This document shows positions 29,201 through 36,399 of a stretch of 62,614 bases of DNA, in pieces. A model generated the notes under the pieces. That model was not told where the DNA came from. It worked only from the letters and a program-made list of their open reading frames with translations, and made no database searches. The position numbers and the translations under genes are program-made. Origin of the DNA: a virus (Duplodnaviria; Caudoviricetes); the IMG/VR virus record IMGVR_UViG_3300009314_000010, positions 1-62,614 of that record, one strand, 5' to 3'. Every line of letters starts with the position of its first letter. The stretch's first letter is position 1.

Positions 29201-30972
29201 CCGCCAATGGTCTCCGGAACGGTCCCGGCTTTTATCAAGCCTGCCGGCTCGACCCCATGGGCTCTCGTCGGAAGTGACGCTGGCCCTTTTCGCCGACGCG
29301 CCTCCATGTCTTCAAGCCACTGCTTGATTGGCAGGGGAACGCGCTCGCCAAGCCTTTCGGCCTCGTCGACCTGGATCCGCGCCTGTTCGGCCGTCCTGGT
29401 CTCCCGCGCTCTCTCATCGGGAGTTTGGCGCAAAAGCCCCTTTTGGGACGCCTCTTCGCGCTCCACGGCCAGGGGATCCACTTCGGTCTGATACGTTTTT
29501 GGTCGACCCTCGACGTCCGTGATCGGTAATTCGGCCCGGGGTTCCGGCGTGAGCGCCGCGACGGCATCGGCCGGTTGACCGCCACGAAGCGGTTTGCCGG
29601 CGATATATTCAGGCATAGGCGGTGGTGTAAATCCGAGACGGGCGGTAAAGCCTTCAAGCTCATCCCATTCGACAATCTCCTCCAGGGGCGCCCCGACGCC
29701 TGCGAGGGTGTCGTCCATGTCTTCGTTGAAGTTTTTAATCGCCTCGTCGACACTCGTCGCTCCCATTGGTGTCGTGGTAGGTTTTTTCGGTTTCAGCCTG
29801 TTTAAAAGCCTTGTCGCATCGTCCTTGGCCTTATCCGAAGCGTCGGAGTCCGCAACTTGCTGCAGCGCATCGATGGCGCTTATCTCTCCCCTGTTGGCCC
29901 TGGCGATAATCGGGTTGATGATGGAGGCATCTTCCGCGTTCGGGGGGTTTGCTATGATCTGATAGGACTTCCCCGCCGCCGCGCCGGCGCCGCCCATCAG
30001 GGAGACCAGAATGAAGGTCTGAGGCGCTACCTCTTTAAAGGACTCGTAAAGATCATCAAAAGAGGCAAACGATCGCTTTTGCCCCTTGGACAGGCCCGCC
30101 TCGATCTCGACATTTTCCTGGCCCATCTGCGTGATCGTCTCGGTACCGATCTCGACCCCGTACATGCCGGCGACGGACTGAAACAGTCTCGCGCCGAGCT
30201 TTTTGCCGAGTGCGGCCTTGAAGATGGCGCCGATCCCGGATATTTGGGCCAGGTTGCCGGCCGCCTCGGGGATCGCCTCCCAAAGGGCGTGTTTAGAGCG
30301 CAGGCCCCTGGTCCGCTTCATCAGGGTGTCTATTTCAGCTTGCGTCGCATTCGGGTTGTCCTGGCGGTAGGCATCGATGATCTGTTGCGAGAACATCGCC
30401 TTGTCCATGCGGTAAGCGGCCACGCCTGACGCGGCGAGGGCGCCTGCAGGGGCGGTCCCGGGGGCAGGGACCAGGGTGCCGGCGCCGTAGCCCAGAAGAC
30501 CGGCGCCCATGGCGACACCGGAAAATCCGGAACTCGCGCCCGCCTCTCTGATGTTCCGCCTTTTGATCCAGGGCAAAGCATATTCTTCGCCACCCGGCTC
30601 GGCCATGCGCATCTTGTTGCGCTCTTCCTGGGCTCGCCTTGCGATGTCCTTCCAATCGTATTCGGCTTCCGGGTTGTCGTCCTCGAACAGGGACGCGGCC
30701 GCGCCCATGAAGTTTACGGGAATGTCGTAGAAGAGCTTTCCGACATCTTTTACACCGCCCAAGATGTTGTATTTCTTGGGGACGAACTCTTTTTCAAACT
30801 TCTTCGCATCCTCAAAGTAAATCGACCTGACGGCATCCTGGGTCTCAGCCGGCAAGGAATTCCATTCGGGGTCTGATTCTATTTCATCGGAAAACGATAG
30901 TGCGAGAACCTTATTTTTGGTCTCTTCGTCGAGGTCAACCCATCCCGGATCTCTTATGAATTCAAAAGACAA
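17254..30972 (-). CDS. 4572-aa large polyvalent protein, probably virion-packaged and ejected
   Basis: TTG start with GGAG RBS; last gene of the ejection-protein cluster. Recognisable blocks: InPase-type pyrophosphatase (AGNYKKGH...YGY...DVFVG...FDEHK), ddrB-like ParB (QPRDR...GAPIV...VESGNGRT), Cys-rich CYA domain, JAB (HQHPSG), zincin HEVNH. Confidence 0.9.
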   Translation of the reverse strand: MSFEFIRDPGWVDLDEETKNKVLALSFSDEIESDPEWNSLPAETQDAVRSIYFEDAKKFEKEFVPKKYNILGGVKDVGKLFYDIPVNFMGAAASLFEDDNPEAEYDWKDIARRAQEERNKMRMAEPGGEEYALPWIKRRNIREAGASSGFSGVAMGAGLLGYGAGTLVPAPGTAPAGALAASGVAAYRMDKAMFSQQIIDAYRQDNPNATQAEIDTLMKRTRGLRSKHALWEAIPEAAGNLAQISGIGAIFKAALGKKLGARLFQSVAGMYGVEIGTETITQMGQENVEIEAGLSKGQKRSFASFDDLYESFKEVAPQTFILVSLMGGAGAAAGKSYQIIANPPNAEDASIINPIIARANRGEISAIDALQQVADSDASDKAKDDATRLLNRLKPKKPTTTPMGATSVDEAIKNFNEDMDDTLAGVGAPLEEIVEWDELEGFTARLGFTPPPMPEYIAGKPLRGGQPADAVAALTPEPRAELPITDVEGRPKTYQTEVDPLAVEREEASQKGLLRQTPDERARETRTAEQARIQVDEAERLGERVPLPIKQWLEDMEARRRKGPASLPTRAHGVEPAGLIKAGTVPETIGGLTPPYKPPKQDVEAIEAEIEGKKAPAKKEPSPDRAAYWKKLRHELNLDWEQEDAEMERRAGLAPREARAAIDADAAEAATAPENDLPEPTQAQKEAGNYKKGHIRFQGLEIAVENPRGAERSGTDESGKKWSVKMKHHYGYFNRTEGKDGEQIDVFVGPHVGSKKVFIVDQVVPGTDTFDEHKTLIGFKNEEAARAGYLANYEKGWKGLGAITELPMDEFKEWIGDGTRKIQAYSDEIAKEEPESIDEIKRSLAGYSKPRKHPNWLFADGFGVFLARHQDSMKAWPEDLKERVRKKARHIYGFDYELGSDPIKQQAIDEYERIRAELELHKRGDILAPSPRDGWAGQHESARGHFWWKDGVGIISKEKGKYLAYTEGIVDETSAIPDVLLGEFDTYEEAKKEAEKNAGTIRSDARSVLPGKTQPVAPDAQKAERPGGRPKAVAKEREKESRKDLQREEPGEPGGEVQVIDEEGYLALHGAGRQDIGEAALHKNIGTGKAKKKLVDAQAKKDNALIEKRERLRKEYKAKVESGEIRPPTRDERLAKTAAGHPDNEATQAAKRLLEKKAKPKPKIFSAKVTDSKPGPPGKWDTKITVKGNAKTKKILHKNPDLHLDSGAVEREKDGTFTATLWDENLGVTIELPGYMYAEDAKNDRHAVEMGQNNLSVEGIVDRTPPETAAPPAESPEPAVAPGPLSQRTIKTLLSFPPEMRVHPTGPSLKDFRQNILEELTGTKPPKSKSGAGAVRDAILKAAGISKEGKAPVEYEREAVEWLKSQVGFASARKVLKPREIRFLAQNTERGREGETLQVIFEISEDGRKARIRNARPSVHPNAIHYSDETTRIILFEELTGLKAFKDKKLAWIDIGKIKTALDKAGVKYETVMSDDPAAAARDRIERIAEFRKQFPKKRKAEFEGEMITFAEEGKTLGRQVGRLLGDIKRVMIKPEGKKGTTYLPDNRAIEFTYAIVEIDSLVTSNDNDLRENPAFPKELQPRDRDRKGAELQVVTIDKTLNPERMGESKTTSHGAPIVGNDSLVESGNGRTIAIRRRYDRGENDAYRDWVVENAEEFGLNQDAVSAMEKPILVRVRTTEVDRPKFVEDANRSEVARMSPTEQARADARNIDDADLATFRPSEEGNIAAASNRGFITRFVDKMGPAEAAGYLTEDGRHTKQLIDRVQAALFYKAYEDDSLISLMAEEADTEIKNILNALTVAAPKFVQARGAREDLGGYPVIENIAAAVKIVRKTRVLKTSVPNFFQQQGLFEQVPEEIKNLALVIYQYRRSAKRQGVFFKEIARGLVNYFKETSSLTLPGMEHSDIDIPSLIEKAFAKAEDLYGTEETSQRQIFDKQARYESYAEGQRARRGRTESEVAEETGAPPGYTLEDSEDSYDEIKEATAPYGGWISALDKPQRNALNRSIRGREDPAGIRKWLKKMAGSPWEREAIRSLLASQAIKELIAGKEPKFDSPMDAPSMNVLRESLLRNGEKAVWQRLYTHGALGHPSKPLNPINGSFVDCRPSPFCAGDCYATRGRSYPANYAKPELINIALSIDPAKTAEIIAGEYKATLEYHLEKALRMFDTGDGSSLWIPFVNRLNSLGVRVQMFSKKPELLRQISDTNLRLLSIDKSNLEVAEENLDLPIAFLYSGSEDLAFLETQKDRYKSLGGVILPLKIGKRLLKKKELAALPDWALKHSCPIDTGAKRVGDWNCTRCDENGGLGCFHKSVSAKVLAQLGDDPLTESGIAGQVDELKEIAEGLDDEARQDLFEELAVLLSAIRKGSDPGAESTSSKRAEEDLKEAERSTYRRGGLAKIDTWLNVEESLDLFGQPGPGQKELFDVPKGPQSKKLPQKKKVKAEPTQAQINLFTGEQDNQIQKGLFSPFPKGKKPVFKPVPISSRIQGATRRTRMGTTGHIGGSGLVAKTPDEVASLLSHIRKHAQEYAYTVTTDENGTILEIHKYSKGQKGLAKINAIEMAGHALNTEGASKVWFVHQHPSGVPEASDDDYDITRVASDILSLRGIDFSAIIIGGTKWSGVPPYEFDVDVPIEPIVRKQKLAVKERLFTAGKPGPVINNSGLANALIREKYGGQEGFIFLDSKLHELGFLPWPKGEKIKEAAAQVVAAAEHLNATVYVPSLNRPLAYKNRAEFIDGLIQNLQLRGLQIMDLLEQGMSHADAGSLRRIIGQDILEGKQPPKEAFEPLKSNDPLYATKRTVAAAGLTLQDIQKAFSKARNVNVGLSNDGSVWVRIRGGEGFQIGFVDRINFDEVAFETRYGRVLEDGEFAAGKYHDGVIVLQKDFADIQTLWHEVNHFVTDKYLNKTDNGVLKASYRRLYGKDRGYDPSQEDIAEFVGSALAERAKHRGTTLGRVIQKIADFLDGLLNVLKPTARSVLRSYETGKVFERTATPGAAMGSAFQKTAQRWYSQMEGFLSSKLPNKGTGKGYANTIQAWAKKGLIKPEELEWSGLIEWLQTTDFQKIHDQQATAESIRSQKEFDPLGIIKGEYDVKSPRGGQVAKKDVLDFLRENNVRIEEVEKGGRRPPDKSSFQMVEEGLPGYELRENAPGDYSVYNAEGEETTHRYEDPFEAATEAFENVGESIADPETGTKFSQHTLPGGENYRELLLTLPEREVKKPNPNLLKVYGPDSPVTKFEQPYTSAHWEEPNVLAHVRFNERTDAEGRKVLFIEELQSDWHQEGRKKGYKKGKHKFAGLTDEQNQRLDELWARFESGAVTPEERVEYNNLVDLRTRPDDEAAQMDRVPDAPFKKTWPLLAIKRMVRYAAENGFDAIGWTPGEVQAERYDLSKHVDSIVVEPRTDNEVAFSAIKDGKIVIPEGGNILRVKRDKLSDYIGKEASEKALGHIDRTGAKTVLKGLDLKVGGEGMKGFYDKILPSAVNKFFNKKAWGKAKVGETKIPDMSMEDPRYPWGDKEKQIYSEVAGKEVWTLPITPEMRHKAMYEGMPQFETKKLSQHNLPIPFTKETAERAAQILKKKVERQGNIGGLKVSVADEAAALAKPGEPAAAHDKRVRGAHNLERDSLSVLEAINAVFSREGLTHKGKQDLSYFGDLITSIPSFFKDKIHAVRSMFNATQERQDDYHENVFHLENHDDRNVGTAFAALRKSGRSAFKEVQDYLIERDRNNLGYRVKENTEIEKFEVYGPDQKMVDFFNTETEAVEKALQFEAEDLRKSGYDPGQVDAIMAFRMSTNKGFDLLFEAMKRLLEAAPETQIPIVKDGKPAHVNLREAMAIMGDMRGFYFPRIRRRGKIVLTATKKGEDSILETFNLESAMKVARAKYRKQGYKVTTSKSKQLGEDVFELSGELIKTQQLVNAALDRVGAAVSAAGKEDIESIIKSTEDIFATALAEQIANVIRERGSRVHMTRRAAEYYKGFEEDPQIAIGKYIQSLAGGHAKRRMIIKMLRAFTGTETTWKDFKEENPDAEYEDYRAHVKEMMIDQREQPNAFKWGKAYIAETTRNREFADEVVGTVKGLAVAKYLAFRVFSAPLVNLTALATSVPASMKGVGIPLRKTPALLTSAINKYRKYKFGGKVSAGDRWVFDTIKGKGWDHPQFNSESLSVLRSRLGRGWDKALEVGMFTFSESERLNRVATIAATYQGLRDLKANKGKSRGELIEMAKQASDDSHGIYNKGNHPYLALGANPAAQIVRMFYVFRTFSHTYLMNMKKLGFEQKDYAALSYLLASPAILAGGGATVLAPIISAILKGVGVDEPEEGAYKKIGQSFGPGAERLARFGLAGAAGFSIKGSLSIGIGDLPTTPKDILGAPGSVISDIFLRGIPSVARGDVSKGFEKILPTGFGNTLRAHRERTAGLTTRTNAPVFFGPKPVKLTIPETFYRALSLNPARIATIQEVRWNETKLRRTYAERRSDIYNRIRKHIVSGGSAEGYAEILADIYEYNERAIQKEQTPITRKTIKASLRRAFRPSKRERRRKTGLQARIENLRKVAGRLRAQGETPSRMKRIRQIESKIAGLIEQT

Positions 30973-30987
30973 TGGAGTTCTCCGCGT

Positions 30988-32121
30988 TTAATGTTCGAGT
31001 CTGAATCTTCCGCCTGTTCTCCTTGGCGGACCCTCGTTGAAAATGGCCGGTGTCCTCCTGCGCTTCTTTTTTCTAATAGCAGCGCGTGGCTTTTCTTCTG
31101 AGGAAAGGACCGCGGCCCCTGGGTAGTGCGTTGCGGGCTCGGTTTCTGTCGCAATCACCCCCTTTTTGACTGGCTTTTCGGTGGGCGCTGCCGCCGCCGA
31201 TGATGTTCCACCAGGCAACCGCTTCAAAATTCCTTTTAGGACGGTTCCGCCCTCGTCATTTCCGCCCGGCGCGGCCGACTCCGCACCGGAAATGTTATAA
31301 CCAGACAGATGTTCGGCCAATTTAACGGCCGTTTCTTCCATTTCCGGAGTGACATTTCCGTATTCACCAGACAACGCCTCCAGGGTTTCAGCATAGACCT
31401 TAAAGTAGAATTTTTGTTTGAAAAAATCAGGCTTTGTCTTCGCCTCAAGGGCCTTTTTAAAGATCGCCTCTCCTTCTTTATAACCGTAAAGGTCCTGATA
31501 GAATTCAAGGTTTTTTTGCATATCTGTTTTGCCCGTTTCGGCCTGGTGGAATATATTATCGGCAACCGCTATCTTTTCCGCGAGCTGCTGCTTAAACCTC
31601 TCTTTTTGCTCGGCCGTGCGTCTCTTGTACTTCTTTTCCTCTTCGGCCACACGCCGCTCGTATTCAGTCTGGCTTTCATTCTTTCTGCGCTGGTAGACCT
31701 TTTCTTCGGCCTTAACGCGCTGTTTGTGTTCCCATTTCTCTTTGATCCATCGGCGCTTCCAGGCGATCTCTTCGGCGTCCAATTTTTCTTTCAATGCGAT
31801 TTTGCGGTCGATCCTCTGGTTTTTAAGGAGGATGTCGTTATCTTCCAATCTCCACCGACGCTCTTTTTCGCCCAATTTTTCCCGGCGCCCAAACTCATCA
31901 TCGGCCCGCTTTCGCGCAAGTTTGTCCTCTGTTTTAAGTTCGTCCATGGCGTATCCGTGCCTACGCTTATCGGCCTTCTGGCCGTACTGGTCGTTGAGTC
32001 TCGCAAGGTTTTCGTCTCTGAGCTTTATGGCGTTCGCCCTCATCTGTTCACGCGCAACCTTACCCAAGGCCCTGGATCCGCCGGCGACGCCGCCCGCTAA
32101 AACTCGTAATAAGCCTGACAT
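30988..32121 (-). CDS. Internal virion/ejection protein, charged coiled coil
   Basis: Start moved to MSGLLRVLAGG behind an AGAGGGG RBS; located between pilot proteins and the giant protein. Confidence 0.65.
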   Translation of the reverse strand: MSGLLRVLAGGVAGGSRALGKVAREQMRANAIKLRDENLARLNDQYGQKADKRRHGYAMDELKTEDKLARKRADDEFGRREKLGEKERRWRLEDNDILLKNQRIDRKIALKEKLDAEEIAWKRRWIKEKWEHKQRVKAEEKVYQRRKNESQTEYERRVAEEEKKYKRRTAEQKERFKQQLAEKIAVADNIFHQAETGKTDMQKNLEFYQDLYGYKEGEAIFKKALEAKTKPDFFKQKFYFKVYAETLEALSGEYGNVTPEMEETAVKLAEHLSGYNISGAESAAPGGNDEGGTVLKGILKRLPGGTSSAAAAPTEKPVKKGVIATETEPATHYPGAAVLSSEEKPRAAIRKKKRRRTPAIFNEGPPRRTGGRFRLEH

Positions 32122-32122
32122 T

Positions 32123-32662
32123 TTAAACCCCCTCTGTGTTTTCAGCCCCGATCTTTCCAACGTCCTGCGAGAGCTTTTGCCCTTCGGGCGACTGTGCCGC
32201 GCCCTCCCCCATAGCCACAAGCTGGTCTTTGGAGAGCTTTCCAGCCTCAACGGCGCCGTCAAGATATCTGCTGACGGCCAAAGAAAACGCCTGGCCTCGC
32301 TCGTCGTCGGTGAGTTTTTCCATGCCCGCCATTTCGGCCATGTTGATTATCTCACCCATAAGCTGGTTTGAGCCCGCGACAAGAACATCCTGGGACAATT
32401 GAATTCCCTTTTTCACCGCGCTGTCTTCCAGGCGGTTTACGACATCGAGTGTGGCTTCTGCGATTTCCGCTATGGGGTCGTCGGCATTAACGATCTTTTG
32501 TATAATCCCGTCAGAGGCCTTCTGGTTGTGGACAATCCGCATCCCGTTGGCCATGAAGATATCAATCTGCTCCTGGGTTTCAGGATCTAAGGATTTGTTC
32601 GATCGCACATCGCTGTTTTTGGTGTTGGGATCCGCTTTCTGGTTTAACAAACCTTTTTTCAT
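32123..32662 (-). CDS. Hypothetical virion-module protein
   Basis: 179 aa, coupled to both neighbours. Confidence 0.65.
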   Translation of the reverse strand: MKKGLLNQKADPNTKNSDVRSNKSLDPETQEQIDIFMANGMRIVHNQKASDGIIQKIVNADDPIAEIAEATLDVVNRLEDSAVKKGIQLSQDVLVAGSNQLMGEIINMAEMAGMEKLTDDERGQAFSLAVSRYLDGAVEAGKLSKDQLVAMGEGAAQSPEGQKLSQDVGKIGAENTEGV

Positions 32663-33336
32663 GCTGTAACCCCCGTCTTTAAAAGTCCTCCTGTCAAAGG
32701 CCTGCTGTATTTTTTCAGACCCGCTTTCCAGCGTTCGGGCATTCTGATTTTGATATTTTCAAATTGCGTTGTTAGCAGCTCACCCGGCATGTTTTCGGCA
32801 ACCCTTCTGCGGTCGGCGTCTTCTTTGGCCCTGACAGCATTCTCAGCATCCTCCGACGCCATATAACCCTCTGCCAGGCCCCCCAGGGTACCCGCGATTA
32901 TCTGGGTCGTCCCGGGATCCAAGCCCTTTTTGGCGGGAGTTGCGGCCGTTACCGCCCCCGGTGACGATGGCGAGGTCGAGGATAACAGTCCGACCGCGCT
33001 ATCCCCCGCAGAGGGAGCAGTCGTCGTTGCCATGGCGGGCACATCCGTAGAAACGGCCCCGGCTGCAAAATCTATCCCTCGGGCTGCAAGAATGCTTTCG
33101 CCCGTTGCCGAGGTCAGGGCTATTTCCGCGCCGGTGAAAAGGCCGGCACTGACACCACCGATAATAGCGCCCTTTAGTGCGCCTTCGCCTATATCTTCGT
33201 CTTTGATAGCCGCTGTGGCTGCCCCGACCGCTGCACCGATAACGATTCCCTGTACCACCGATCCGCCGACGGCCGCCGCGGTCGCTCCCCATCCGGCCGA
33301 TACTAAATATGCTGATACTGGCGCTGCTACTGCCAT
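32659..33336 (-). CDS. Ala/Gly-rich ejection (pilot) protein
   Basis: Glycine-zipper-like hydrophobic N-terminus; follows the GNAT gene as in P22/T7-type tail modules. Confidence 0.65.
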   Translation of the reverse strand: MAVAAPVSAYLVSAGWGATAAAVGGSVVQGIVIGAAVGAATAAIKDEDIGEGALKGAIIGGVSAGLFTGAEIALTSATGESILAARGIDFAAGAVSTDVPAMATTTAPSAGDSAVGLLSSTSPSSPGAVTAATPAKKGLDPGTTQIIAGTLGGLAEGYMASEDAENAVRAKEDADRRRVAENMPGELLTTQFENIKIRMPERWKAGLKKYSRPLTGGLLKTGVTA

Positions 33337-33785
33337 GATCGATCTCCTTTATAAAAATCCGATTTGGTTAATCCAAAAAGGATTTGATTGTGGAGTTCCC
33401 AATTCTTTAAAAACGATTTTTTAGCATGCCCCTCGACCTTAAACCCGCTGGCCTTGCATAATCGAATAGCCAAAAGGTTAAAAACCGGGACCATGGCCAA
33501 AACCTTCATATAACCGGTGTTTCTAAAGCCCCAATCAAGAGCCTCTTTTGCAAAATCTTTCGTCCTGCCCCACAAGTTCGGAAGAGCGGCGATATGCACC
33601 ATGCAACACACACCGTTGACATGATCGACTCTGACAACGCCGGATTCCTCATCGTCTATGATATAAAACGCATCCGGATCCGGAACGGCCGGATCGGGTG
33701 ACGTGTCGTCGGTCGCCATGCCAAAAACCTTTGGATGGTTTAGTATTTTAGCCACTGCGGCCATATCGTGTGTTCGGTCGACCAT
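33327..33785 (-). CDS. GNAT-fold acetyltransferase-like tail-module protein
   Basis: VHIAALPNLWG...N..AIRLCKASGFKVEG. Confidence 0.8.
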   Translation of the reverse strand: MVDRTHDMAAVAKILNHPKVFGMATDDTSPDPAVPDPDAFYIIDDEESGVVRVDHVNGVCCMVHIAALPNLWGRTKDFAKEALDWGFRNTGYMKVLAMVPVFNLLAIRLCKASGFKVEGHAKKSFLKNWELHNQILFGLTKSDFYKGDRSWQ

Positions 33786-33790
33786 CGTCG

Positions 33791-35239
33791 TTATGCGTAA
33801 GTGACACCTGTGGTGCTCGTTGTGCCTGTCGAGTCTAAATCACCAGGGGTGTCGGCCGGATCGGGTGACGGTCCCGGCCCGAGAAGGGCCGCCCATTCGG
33901 GCTGCGTCCTGGCAAGCAATTGCTGCAACTGCTCTTCCATTTTATCCAGCCTGTTGGTTGTATCCGTATCGCTTCCAGCGGCCGCCTGGTCATTCTCGAC
34001 CGCGGTGGCAATTTCCGCCTCATCCCATGCCAGCTCGATACCGTACATCGTGGTCACAAGTTTAAGGTTCGATTCGTAAATTTCCCGCTGCCTGTTCATG
34101 GCGATCGTTTTCGCTTCCGGAGAAAGTTCCGGATCGCTTTGAATTCGGTTGATCTGCTCTGCGTAGGAGTCTCCGAGCGCGGCGATCCTCAGTGCCGCCG
34201 TTTCCCTCTCCCCTGAAGCCAATTCCATACCGGCAAGCTCCTGGTTGGCAATGGCTTCCAGTTCAAGCCTGAAGTTTGCTCCCTCCTGTCGCAAGTTTTC
34301 GAGTGCGATCACCTGGCGGGCCTCCTGGGCCGACAACCCGGAGTCAATTGCACCCTTGGCTACAATGCGCTCCATTTCCTGGCGGGCTTCCAGTTCCGAA
34401 AGCCCTGCGGTAATGGCGCCCTGGTGGGTGATTTTCGCCAACTCCTGCAATGCTTCCAGTTCCGAAAGCCCCGCATTGATGGCGCCCTGGTGGGTGGCTT
34501 CCGCCATTTTCTGCAATGATTCCTGGGCGGAGAGACCCGAGCTGAGATATGCCTCCAGGATCGTAGTGGCCTGCTCCTGGCGGGCGGCCTGTGTGGAAAG
34601 CCTCGATGTCGAACCCGCTTTCAGGGCTTCCACGGCGGCCTCGATTTCTCCCGTATATCCGGCCATGCCGGCTTCATGGAATGCCGCGGCGTCCGCCGTG
34701 GCGATCGGGAGTGCGGCCTCGATCGCAGACGCTTCCGCTGCCCCGGCGGCAATACTGGAATTTAAAAGACCTCTTTTATTGGCGGCCTGTGTCCCTCTTA
34801 ACCTTGCAGATTGAATGTATTTGCTCCCGGAAGAAAGAAGGCCTTTCATTCTGCCCTCAACCGTTGCCTCCGGAGGCGGTTTATATGCCGGCGGAGGCTT
34901 ATAGGCGGGTACTGGATCCGCCGGTTGAGAGATCGCCGCCGAAGCAGGCGGCACATAAGGATCGACATCGGCCAGGGTCGGCTTTGTCTGCGCCGGCGTT
35001 ACCTGTGTTGTTGACTCCGCTGGCTCTGTTGGCGCCGATGCAAGCAGCCCGGTTGTCGTCGGTGGATCTTCACCCCACCCGGGCGGGTTGGAGTGTACCC
35101 TAACCCCGAGGGCGTTTGCATATTTATTCCACGTCGGGCCGCCAGCCCTGTCTATTTGTTCTTCCAGACGCTGGAGGGAGCCAGGATCGCCCACCCCCGC
35201 GCTTTTCATTTTCGCTATTTGGTCACTTGTAAGCGCCAT
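33791..35239 (-). CDS. Internal virion/ejection protein with 22-aa tandem repeats
   Basis: ANKRGLLNSSIAAGA motif; 66-bp periodic repeats (HQGAIxAGLSELEAxQE) around 34300-34560. Confidence 0.7.
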   Translation of the reverse strand: MALTSDQIAKMKSAGVGDPGSLQRLEEQIDRAGGPTWNKYANALGVRVHSNPPGWGEDPPTTTGLLASAPTEPAESTTQVTPAQTKPTLADVDPYVPPASAAISQPADPVPAYKPPPAYKPPPEATVEGRMKGLLSSGSKYIQSARLRGTQAANKRGLLNSSIAAGAAEASAIEAALPIATADAAAFHEAGMAGYTGEIEAAVEALKAGSTSRLSTQAARQEQATTILEAYLSSGLSAQESLQKMAEATHQGAINAGLSELEALQELAKITHQGAITAGLSELEARQEMERIVAKGAIDSGLSAQEARQVIALENLRQEGANFRLELEAIANQELAGMELASGERETAALRIAALGDSYAEQINRIQSDPELSPEAKTIAMNRQREIYESNLKLVTTMYGIELAWDEAEIATAVENDQAAAGSDTDTTNRLDKMEEQLQQLLARTQPEWAALLGPGPSPDPADTPGDLDSTGTTSTTGVTYA

Positions 35240-35252
35240 TATGCCTCCCCCT

Positions 35253-35660
35253 TTACTCTGATTTGGGGTATTTAACCTTTACAATCAATCGCTTTGCCTG
35301 CAAGGCGTCTGCTGCTTCCGGGCGGCCTTCAACTTCCTTTTCCCACAGGGCTACAATTAATTCATCGATTGTCGGGTATTCTGATCTTCGTTTAAAATCT
35401 CGGACCTCATCGGCCGGAAGGTCTGTTATCTTATACCGAACCACTACTTTGTCGGGCTGCACATCAAACCCACCCGGCTCCCTTTTCTGGGCATCCGTTA
35501 TTGCTGGCGGGTTGTTTTCAAACGGATACCAGCCATGTTTTATTAGCTCCTCATCTGGCGGCAAAGGGGTCGGAAAAGAAACGTGTTTTTCTTTAGGTCT
35601 GGCCACCGCACCTTCAGATGACGGAACACCATCGATCACTTTAATATATAATTTTCCCAT
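35253..35660 (-). CDS. Tail-fibre-associated (assembly/chaperone-like) protein
   Basis: C-terminal RRSEYPTIDELIVALW...VKVKYPK pattern. Confidence 0.6.
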   Translation of the reverse strand: MGKLYIKVIDGVPSSEGAVARPKEKHVSFPTPLPPDEELIKHGWYPFENNPPAITDAQKREPGGFDVQPDKVVVRYKITDLPADEVRDFKRRSEYPTIDELIVALWEKEVEGRPEAADALQAKRLIVKVKYPKSE

Positions 35661-35700
35661 GTTATTCCTCCCACACTCCTAAGTTAATCGCATTTCAATA

Positions 35701-36399
35701 TTAGTTTTCTTCGTTTTCCAAAACATTTATCAATTTCTTTAGCTGTTCGTCTGTGTGAACAAAGCCGTGCATCCCATTGTGCTTGACAGGAATGGTCAAA
35801 TCCACATAAACCTCAAAGCCTAAATCTCTAAGACGGCGACACGTGGAATAGTCTTCCGGCAAATACACCCCGTCAAACACACCGATTTTAAAAGCGTCAA
35901 AGCATCGAGTGATTAAGGTGTTGCCCCTGGTGTATCTTGGATCATTTTCATATTTTTCAGATGAGTCGCAAAGCGCAACCACCGCTTTTTTGGAAAGCAT
36001 AAAAACTGCCGTTCCAATATGGGTTGTGGTTGCCAGCCCATCCCCAACAAGGGTTAGCTCGCCCACGTTTAGCAGGGGGTTGCCATTCTCATCATAACCT
36101 TTAAGCGGAACCGGAACCCCAACAATATCGACATTTCTCCTTAATAATTTTGGAACACAATCATTTGGAATACCCATATCTGCATCAACAAAAATCAAAT
36201 GGGTGTAATCCTCATAATAAAAATAACTGATAATTTCGTTTCGAGCTTTTGGCACAAGAGAGCTATTTCCAATGGTGCAAAAATCCGTTTCTATCCCGGC
36301 ATTTATCCCACCACGCAACAAAGCGGTCATTGAATTAAAATAATCAATATGAATCATACAACCGTATGCCGGTGTTCCTATAAGAAGTTTAGGTTTCAT
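35701..36399 (-). CDS. GT-A fold glycosyltransferase-like protein
   Basis: IGTPAY, SSLVPKARN, DxD motif IFVDAD, IGTAVFM, YLPEDYSTC, H-NG; start at MKPKLL (ATGA overlap). Confidence 0.75.
   Translation of the reverse strand: MKPKLLIGTPAYGCMIHIDYFNSMTALLRGGINAGIETDFCTIGNSSLVPKARNEIISYFYYEDYTHLIFVDADMGIPNDCVPKLLRRNVDIVGVPVPLKGYDENGNPLLNVGELTLVGDGLATTTHIGTAVFMLSKKAVVALCDSSEKYENDPRYTRGNTLITRCFDAFKIGVFDGVYLPEDYSTCRRLRDLGFEVYVDLTIPVKHNGMHGFVHTDEQLKKLINVLENEEN

Noticed and set aside
17254-30972. N4-type virion RNA polymerase or DarB helicase-methylase
   Set aside because: No RNA polymerase, SNF2 or methylase motifs recognised by eye; the visible domains fit a polyvalent protein.
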